Assembly: GCA_963662715.1 (NCBI GenBank)
Contig: OY759724.1
Span: 300,001 to 332,000, forward strand
Source: Candidatus Omnitrophota bacterium
Lineage (GTDB): Bacteria > Omnitrophota > Gorgyraeia > Zapsychrales > JANLHA01
DNA length: 32,000 bases
Reading direction: 5' to 3'
Within the stretch, counting starts at the first letter, position 1. Each line of letters starts with the position of its first letter. The notes under the pieces were generated by a model. The model did no database searches. It was not told where the DNA came from and was given only the letters and a program-made list of their open reading frames with translations. This document shows positions 10,241 to 15,761 of this stretch, in pieces. Position numbers and translations under genes: made by a program.

Positions 10241-10528
10241 TTAAATTCTTACACTCGTTTCACCGGCAGGGTAATAATCCCGATATTTGATGTGTCGAAA
10301 AAATATCTTGGTAAGCTGAGGATCGATCTTGGCTGCTTCACGGGCAAGAATGCTGCCGATCAGCCAGATAATCCCCGAGAGGATTAACGAGTTGATATCC
10401 TTTCCGGCTACCCAAACAATAGCTGACGTAAAACCGATCAATATAATTAATTCCCTTTCTGCCCCAGCAACTAACACAGGTTGTACAAGCGATTGATGAA
10501 TAGTTATTATTTTTATTTCCTCTGACAT
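10241..10528 (-). CDS. trbD: T4SS protein TrbD/VirB3
   Basis: 95 aa with two TM helices. The N-terminal IHQSLVQPVLVAGAEREL is typical of VirB3. Lies between the pilin and VirB4 genes. Confidence 0.8.
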   Translation of the reverse strand: MSEEIKIITIHQSLVQPVLVAGAERELIILIGFTSAIVWVAGKDINSLILSGIIWLIGSILAREAAKIDPQLTKIFFRHIKYRDYYPAGETSVRI

Positions 10529-10552
10529 CCGATCTCTCCCGGATAAAGGTGT

Positions 10553-10864
10553 TTAAAGCAACGATGCATTAAGACCAAATAATCCCATCAATCCCCAGGC
10601 GGAAGACACAATGCTAAAACCCAAGACTGTAGTAATGAATGCTCGAATTCCCCTGTTGACCTCCGAGAACATCAACGCCACAGCCGCAGCCACAAGAGCA
10701 ATGATTGAAATGCTGGTTGCTACCGGGCCCTGTAACGATTCTGCGATTTGAGTCAAAGGCCCTTCCCAAGGTAAGCTGCTCCCCACAATCCCGGCAAAAG
10801 CATTGTTTGCAAACCAAGCCATAAACCAGGGAGTTAAAATACATAACCGGATTATTGTTTTCAT
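10553..10864 (-). CDS. trbC: T4SS pilin precursor TrbC/VirB2
   Basis: 103 aa. Long signal peptide ending AFAG, followed by two hydrophobic helices. First structural gene of the operon. Confidence 0.8.
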   Translation of the reverse strand: MKTIIRLCILTPWFMAWFANNAFAGIVGSSLPWEGPLTQIAESLQGPVATSISIIALVAAAVALMFSEVNRGIRAFITTVLGFSIVSSAWGLMGLFGLNASLL

Positions 10865-10880
10865 ACGAAACCCCTTTCGT

Positions 10881-11162
10881 TTAAACTTTTATTTTTTCCT
10901 TTTCATAAGCTGCCAATACCCGCTTTTTGATTTCTTGACGAATGCTTGCTGTTGTGCAATAAACCGTGTCATACCAGCGGCCATTTTTATTGAGATGCTG
11001 CGGCATCGACACAAATAATCCAGTTTTACCATTAATAACCCGAAGATTTTTAACGACAATTTCATTGTTCAAGCAAATGTCAGCAAAGGCCTTAAGATAA
11101 CGTGCGTCCTTAATCCTTCTTATCCTACCGACAACATTAATTTTGATTTTATTTTTATCCAT
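10881..11162 (-). CDS. spoVG: SpoVG-family nucleic-acid-binding protein
   Basis: 93 aa. LKAFADICLNNEIVVKNLRVINGKTGLFVSMPQ aligns with B. subtilis SpoVG [33 protein letters not shown]. Ends 16 nt upstream of the pilin gene. Confidence 0.8.
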   Translation of the reverse strand: MDKNKIKINVVGRIRRIKDARYLKAFADICLNNEIVVKNLRVINGKTGLFVSMPQHLNKNGRWYDTVYCTTASIRQEIKKRVLAAYEKEKIKV

Positions 11163-11240
11163 CCCATATCCCCCTACACTTATATATAGCGGTTCATTTA
11201 CAGTTTTTTACCTATCGGCAGAAAAAATATTTAAAAAAAT

Positions 11241-11405
11241 TTAATCGGCTCTCCTTAAGGGATACCGTTTATCAATGTCAATATAACTGATCGGCGGGTG
11301 TTCCCCCTGACTTAATTTGGCCTCCACAATGGCAAAGGCCTCATTTAAACTCCCGGCAGGAATTTTCCATGCCTCAAACTCAACGTAATACATCTCTTGC
11401 TCCAT
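11241..11405 (-). CDS. Unlisted small ORF (54 aa, MEQEMYYVEFEAWKIPAGSLNEAFAIVEAKLSQGEHPPISYIDIDKRYPLRRAD)
   Basis: Hand-translated; below the 60-aa track cutoff. Strong SD: AGGAGGGGAGAA directly precedes the ATG at 11405. Same strand, 78 nt upstream of the spoVG-like gene. Confidence 0.4.
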   Translation of the reverse strand: MEQEMYYVEFEAWKIPAGSLNEAFAIVEAKLSQGEHPPISYIDIDKRYPLRRAD

Positions 11406-11635
11406 TTCTCCCCTCCTGTGTTTATGTTGTTTTTATACTTTCAATTTCTGCTGATATCGCCTTACGGCCCTTCGATATATAAAAACGCCTTTGTTTGACA
11501 AATGACATATTCTTATCGAATGAACAAAGAGCCTCCTCAATTCTTTTTTACCTGTTATACAATGTCTGGAATAAGAAGTAGATGAGAAAGACGTTACTGC
11601 AGAATGATCTCGCCGAATTATTGTATTTTTGCAAT

Positions 11636-11691
11636 AAAAAAAGGTAGTGCCTGCTTTATGTTCCATGAACATAATTTCTGCAAGCACTACC
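11636..11691 (-). terminator. Rho-independent terminator or attenuator-like hairpin upstream of the T4SS operon
   Basis: On the minus strand, GGTAGTGCTTGC...GCAGGCACTACC pairs 11 of 12 positions. It encloses the inner palindrome ATGTTCatgGAACAT and is followed by a 7-nt T tract (A run 11636-11642 on plus). Confidence 0.5.
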
Positions 11692-11869
11692 TATTAATAA
11701 AAACCGCAGCCTGGGCAAACCCAGAGCCTATATAAAATTTCTTATTGCTTCATTGAGAACACCCTATTTTTATCGTCAAGGGCGTCTCATACATTTTCTA
11801 AGATTTTTTTGCAATCCTTGTTAATTTTTTCGAGAATATAATTTACTTTAAATATTATATATACCAAAA

Positions 11870-11902
11870 GGGGAGCAGGTGCTCAAAATGCTCCCCCTTT
11901 TT
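11870..11902. terminator. Bidirectional rho-independent terminator
   Basis: GGGGAGCA (11870-11877) pairs with TGCTCCCC (11889-11896). It is flanked by AAAA upstream and TTTTT downstream, so a U tract follows the stem on either strand. Confidence 0.55.
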
Positions 11903-12003
11903 CATTCAGTCCCACGATGAATTTGTCACGCTTAAAACAACATCGCTACAATGTTATTCAAATATACAGCAAATTATCTTTCAAAGAATAGGCCAACTTC
12001 GTT

Positions 12004-12168
12004 TTAAGATGACTTCTTTCTACCAATAAGCTGCTTCATCTTTGCCTTTTTCTTTTTTTTACTATTCTTGGCATGAATCTTTTTTAACTGATCTTTATCA
12101 ATTTCCAATAACTCAAAAACCGCCTTTACCCTCTTGTCCGTGGCCTTTTTCGTTATTTTTTTTATCAT
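12004..12168 (-). CDS. Unlisted small lysine-rich ORF (54 aa, MIKKITKKATDKRVKAVFELLEIDKDQLKKIHAKNSKKKKKAKMKQLIGRKKSS)
   Basis: Hand-translated. The ATG overlaps the stop of the upstream gene by one nucleotide (TGATG junction at 12166-12170). The AT-rich context means it could be spurious. Confidence 0.3.
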   Translation of the reverse strand: MIKKITKKATDKRVKAVFELLEIDKDQLKKIHAKNSKKKKKAKMKQLIGRKKSS

Positions 12169-13085
12169 CACACAACCTTCTTGATCCTTTTTTCTTTACG
12201 GATGATCTGCCCAACATCTTCTATAATACAAGCCATATCGTCCTCACTCAAGAGATTATTTGCCTGCATGAATTGATCCCAGTAGCCAAAAAACCGATAG
12301 AAAAGCCTCCTTAATTGCCGAAGAACTTTTCTGACCTGGATTATTTCTAAATCCAGCAATATGGCGATGCCTTCCAAGCTTAAATGATCCATTTGCCGAA
12401 TTGCCCTGTGAACTTTGCGTTTTATCTCATAGGATTTATTGATCGGGAGTTTACACGGACGGCTTAATCGATTGAATTTCCAGGTCGGTTCCAATCTTTC
12501 ATCAAGAATTCCTTTTTCCTTGAGTTCTAGCAGTATGACCTCGCTATCCTTAACATTTAACTTATCAAAATATTCTCGAAGATCAAGATCATGATAAAAC
12601 ATAAGTTCAATGATTTGATAGTGAATGCCGTTTTTGTCAAACGAGTCAACAAAATCACTGACGAGCTTCTGGACAACCTCATCTTTTTCCTGCTCTGTTA
12701 AATTCTTAACATGGTTATTTTTCCCTGGGAAACCCTCAATGAAATTAACCCATTCTTTAAAAAAGGATGACTCTCTGACTAACATGCGATATTCCGGGAG
12801 CTTGACACTATCAGATATAATTTTTCTTTTACGGTTGTGCAGCCATTTAAGAAAAGATTCTCCTATTCCCGTATCCCAATTCCCGGTCACTGCATGCATA
12901 GCTAACAAAACATCGTGAGCACAATCTTCACCATCCAAATCCGGCCTAATGCTGCAATAGGGTTTCATCCTCATTTTTCTAGCTGCCGAACAAGCAAGTC
13001 TACAACGAACTTCCTTTATAGTCATTGTCTTTTTTTTGACATATTCTTCCTTTTTCTCGGATTTCTCCTCCTCTTTTTTACCCAT
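12168..13085 (-). CDS. Hypothetical regulator, divergent sigma-70-like (region 2-like N-terminus, region 4-like HTH C-terminus)
   Basis: 305 aa. Strong SD: AGGAGG 7 nt before the ATG. EDCAHDVLLAMHAVTGNWD...FLKWLHNRKRKIISD resembles sigma region 2. HLSLEGIAILLDLEIIQVRKVLRQLRRL resembles a region 4 HTH. The coding call is solid; the family assignment is tentative. Confidence 0.55.
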   Translation of the reverse strand: MGKKEEEKSEKKEEYVKKKTMTIKEVRCRLACSAARKMRMKPYCSIRPDLDGEDCAHDVLLAMHAVTGNWDTGIGESFLKWLHNRKRKIISDSVKLPEYRMLVRESSFFKEWVNFIEGFPGKNNHVKNLTEQEKDEVVQKLVSDFVDSFDKNGIHYQIIELMFYHDLDLREYFDKLNVKDSEVILLELKEKGILDERLEPTWKFNRLSRPCKLPINKSYEIKRKVHRAIRQMDHLSLEGIAILLDLEIIQVRKVLRQLRRLFYRFFGYWDQFMQANNLLSEDDMACIIEDVGQIIRKEKRIKKVV

Positions 13086-13112
13086 CGCCCTTTCCTCCTA
13101 CAGTTTCAAATC

Positions 13113-13189
13113 GACGTTAATTAAATAAATCTTCACGAAACGCCCCTTTAAATGGACGTTAAATAAATAATTCTTCACGAAACACCCCC
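13113..13189. repeat. Tandem imperfect ~35-bp direct repeat in the promoter region of the sigma-like gene
   Basis: gacgttaattaaataaatcttcacgaaacgcccc (13113-13146) and gacgttaaataaataattcttcacgaaacaccccc (13155-13189), 28-105 nt upstream of the ATG at 13085. Confidence 0.7.
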
Positions 13190-13695
13190 TCTCGATAAAA
13201 ATGCTCTCTTAATTATTTTAATACATCATTTCACTGCTGTCTCGCTTAAAAATTGCACCTGATGTAATTTATTACAACAAAGGGATTAACAAGAAAAAAA
13301 ATATTTAGACCTGGCCAATAAGGTTTACGCATTGGACGCACCAACAACCGGCCAATGCCCCTCCGTATTCCCGTAGGCCAAATTTCGCAAAACCAAAGCA
13401 GGCATCAAACTTCACAAATAAAAGCCAGGGGGAGCGTAAAACTGGCCGCCGACAGCGTTAACGCGGACATTAACATTTGTTAGATAAAATACCAATTTGT
13501 TAAACAAAACACCCCTCTTCCCCGCATAAAATACCCCTGTGTTAAACGTCCTTTATCTTGCTGTACGGCTGACAGATAGGGGTTTTTTGTTAACATTTTG
13601 GGATTTTGGGTTTATAGGATTATTTTTGGGAAGGAGAAACCGGCAGGCCTTGTCCGGGCCTTTTAATAGCGAGAGGCCCGACTCGCGGGAAAAGA

Positions 13696-14214
13696 TCAGA
13701 TGTTTAAAAAGACATAAACAGTATATTGACTACTTTGGACACTGTAATAATCACACATGAAAAGGTCACGGGCAAATTTTTCGTAATCAAAATAGAAAGC
13801 TAACCGTTCCGGGATGTCCATTGTTTCATCAGCCAAATTTTCCGCAAAGGCCTCTTCTGAGTCCCATTCCCCTTGATAGGATTCTTCAAACCCTTCTTCT
13901 GTGGCATAATCAACGCCCACGTTATTGGCATAAGCCGCGTAGGCTTCCCCATGCTCTTCAATGAGCCGGGCGTATCGGACCACATCTTTGATGCTTTCAT
14001 ATTCCGATAGATGAAGTCCTTCAAAGCCCTCGTAATCATGAATCGCGTACTCCTCTGCGAAGGGTTCCGGGCTGTTTTTTAGCATATCCTGAATTTCTTC
14101 ATGGATAGCATCCGCATCCTGATTCGCGTCAATCCATCTTCCATGCAGTTTGCCGTTGTTGTACGCCGCCAAACAGGCAACGTAAATCCGGGGTGTAATC
14201 GTTTGAGTAGCCAT
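13696..14214 (-). CDS. ardA: Anti-restriction protein ArdA
   Basis: PRIYVACLAAYNNGKLHGRWIDA, a very acidic body and a C-terminal FDYEKFARDLFMCDYYSV are typical of ArdA. I place the start at the internal ATG at 14214 (MATQTITPRIY...), which has AAGGAG 8 nt upstream, rather than the track start at 14280. Confidence 0.9.
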   Translation of the reverse strand: MATQTITPRIYVACLAAYNNGKLHGRWIDANQDADAIHEEIQDMLKNSPEPFAEEYAIHDYEGFEGLHLSEYESIKDVVRYARLIEEHGEAYAAYANNVGVDYATEEGFEESYQGEWDSEEAFAENLADETMDIPERLAFYFDYEKFARDLFMCDYYSVQSSQYTVYVFLNI

Positions 14215-14248
14215 GAGCGCATCTCCTTTTTTGAGGATTAATCCGTTG

Positions 14249-14407
14249 GAGATCGAACCCTCGATCTCTGTTTGACTCACTCATGGACATATGCCATGCA
14301 AGGATGCGCAGGCTTTCCTTAAATGATCAAAATAACCATTTGGGAGAAAGCCAAGCACTCGCAAGTCCTGATGGTCTTTTATCAGGACGCCGTCCTTGTG
14401 GCATATG
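14249..14407 (-). promoter_or_regulatory. Highly structured ardA leader or upstream region with nested inverted repeats
   Basis: Outer arms CATATGCC..CAAGG (14288-14303) and CCTTG..GGCATATG (14394-14407). They enclose GGCTTTC/GAAAGCC (14311-14317/14346-14352) and GTCCTGAT/ATCAGGAC (14365-14372/14381-14388). A further hairpin GAGATCGA/TCGATCTC sits at 14249-14268. Confidence 0.35.
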
Positions 14408-14515
14408 TAAAAATGGGCAAACAGAGATTGATGGGGTTGCCCTCGACTCGAAGGGCTGGATGGAAATGGTGGTTTACAAATTATTTAAAAAACTGAAGCA
14501 GGAGATTTTGACGCA

Positions 14516-15412
14516 TTACATTATTGAGGCAGTTGCCGTGGACTTGCTATCTTCGATTTTACCCAAGTCCGCAGTAAAATAATAGCGCGAGGTGAGGATA
14601 GCATAAAGCCGCTTTGCCAGGCATTCAGCTTCTTGATCAGTTCCTTCTACCGAAACAACTGCCTCGTCGCCTTCCTGTAAACCCAAACATAAAAGAGCCA
14701 TGATAGATTTGGCATTGGGTTTATTATCATCCGAAGAGTTTTTTTCGCTGATAAAGACAGCATGTGGATATTTTCTGCATTCTTTTACTATTCGGGTGCC
14801 AGCGAAGAACCCAAGTCCGCCATTAAGATGAATCTGTACTTTAACAATGGTCTGATTATTTTCTTTTGATAGCTTGAATGGTTCAATGACATAGGGATTT
14901 GCCTGATATTTCTTGAGAAGATAGTCCAGGGATTGCTCAAGTTGTTTGCAGTCCTCCTTGTAATCATGAGTCCTCAGCACAGTGCAATCAGCGGCTTCCA
15001 AAAACCAAGCATCGATAAAAGACTGAATTTCTTCTTCAATATAGAGGATAACCGGGATATCATTTGTCTTCTTAATGGCCTTAATGAGCTTCCACCCTCG
15101 CCCATACGCTCGCTCATATTGAACCCGTCGGTCGAAGCATACAACTTCTTCTTCAGGAAGCGGAAATTTGCAGGCAAAGGCATAAGGCACATGCGTGATA
15201 ACAGCGTCAAAGGCTTCTTCTGTCCCGGCTTTTGCGCGAATGATTTCGATAGTATTATCATCCAATCCAAAGCAGGTCTCGAGATGATAGTGGCGGGATA
15301 ATGAATTGCAGATATATCGAAAGGCCGTGGATGTATCCTGCTCTTCCGTCTTTGACCTTTCGACGAAAAGGATTCGTTTTTGAGCTTGGGTTGTTGGATT
15401 GTCGGGGTTCAA
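14516..15412 (-). CDS. Fusion protein: N-terminal receiver-like alpha/beta domain plus C-terminal HPr-like (Crh-like, His15-less) domain
   Basis: 298 aa. Residues ~187-275 align with HPr/Crh: KVQIHLNGGLGFFAGTRIVKE...NAKSIMALLCLGLQEGDEAVVSVEGTDQEAECLAKRL against Crh KVEVRLKTGLQARPAALFVQE...NAKSIMGLMSLAVSTGTEVTLIAQGEDEQEALEKL. The N-terminus has KRILFVE...DAVITHV...IPVILY. The track start is a TTG placed directly against the SD, so the true start is uncertain. Confidence 0.7.
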   Translation of the reverse strand: MNPDNPTTQAQKRILFVERSKTEEQDTSTAFRYICNSLSRHYHLETCFGLDDNTIEIIRAKAGTEEAFDAVITHVPYAFACKFPLPEEEVVCFDRRVQYERAYGRGWKLIKAIKKTNDIPVILYIEEEIQSFIDAWFLEAADCTVLRTHDYKEDCKQLEQSLDYLLKKYQANPYVIEPFKLSKENNQTIVKVQIHLNGGLGFFAGTRIVKECRKYPHAVFISEKNSSDDNKPNAKSIMALLCLGLQEGDEAVVSVEGTDQEAECLAKRLYAILTSRYYFTADLGKIEDSKSTATASIM

Positions 15413-15471
15413 CTCCTTTTACCTGTCCCCTTATCGGTGCACTGGCACCTTTTTTGGAGAATCCCAAGGTG

Positions 15472-15744
15472 TCACGGTTTATTAATATTTGAAAATGTCG
15501 ATAGTAACAACAAAATAAATGCTATAAGACCTAAGTAAAACGGGAACCGCACTAAATTCACTCTCTTACTATCAAAATATATTTCTGGTTTCTTCAAAAA
15601 CCACAGATTACCAAAATTCATAGGAAATTTAATAAACGCATCGCTGTATGACAAATCTTTTCGTTTAAAAATAAACAAAAAAAATATATGGGTCATAAAA
15701 GAAAAAACTAATAAACTGAAAAGAATTAGGGTTGTATTTTTCAT
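15472..15744 (-). CDS. Small two-TM membrane protein, putative immunity protein for the RHS C-terminal toxin
   Basis: 90 aa with hydrophobic helices at both ends. Starts 17 nt after the RHS stop on the same strand. Very AT-rich: 11 G+C in the 60 nt at 15661-15720, by hand count. Confidence 0.55.
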   Translation of the reverse strand: MKNTTLILFSLLVFSFMTHIFFLFIFKRKDLSYSDAFIKFPMNFGNLWFLKKPEIYFDSKRVNLVRFPFYLGLIAFILLLLSTFSNINKP

Positions 15745-15761
15745 AATATAAAAACCAATTG

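Larger units (their letters stand above)
10..14214 (-). mobile_element. Conjugative-element backbone: relaxase, P-type T4SS operon, regulatory genes and ArdA anti-restriction gene
   Basis: Contiguous co-oriented relaxase, nine T4SS genes, SpoVG-like and sigma-like regulators and ardA. Element ends are not in the window and no integrase or att sites were seen, so plasmid versus ICE is unresolved. Confidence 0.75.

Noticed and set aside
11433-11687. 84-aa minus-strand ORF in the intergenic region upstream of the T4SS operon.
   Set aside because: The translation is Arg/Ser/Cys-rich with no SD. Its first codons lie inside the long terminator hairpin (11636-11691), and the region is better explained by inverted repeats and regulatory DNA.
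14249-14268. tRNA T-arm-like sequence (minus strand GAGGGTTCGATCTCC), considered as a tRNA or tRNA-fragment att site.
   Set aside because: It is only a simple 8-bp hairpin with a 4-nt loop. No acceptor, D or anticodon arms can be drawn around it, and no matching direct repeat was seen elsewhere in the window.
14283-14582. 99-aa plus-strand ORF in the ardA upstream region, and similarly 13539-13760 (+), 15258-15467 (-) and 15301-15492 (+).
   Set aside because: They overlap the ends of well-supported minus-strand genes, lack ribosome-binding sites and have non-protein-like composition. The 14283-14582 region is better explained by nested inverted repeats.
15436-15455. Plus-strand terminator-like element GGTGC-actg-GCACC followed by TTTTTT, between the immunity gene and the HPr-like gene.
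   Set aside because: The stem is only 5 bp, there is no credible plus-strand gene to terminate, and on the coding (minus) strand no U tract follows it.
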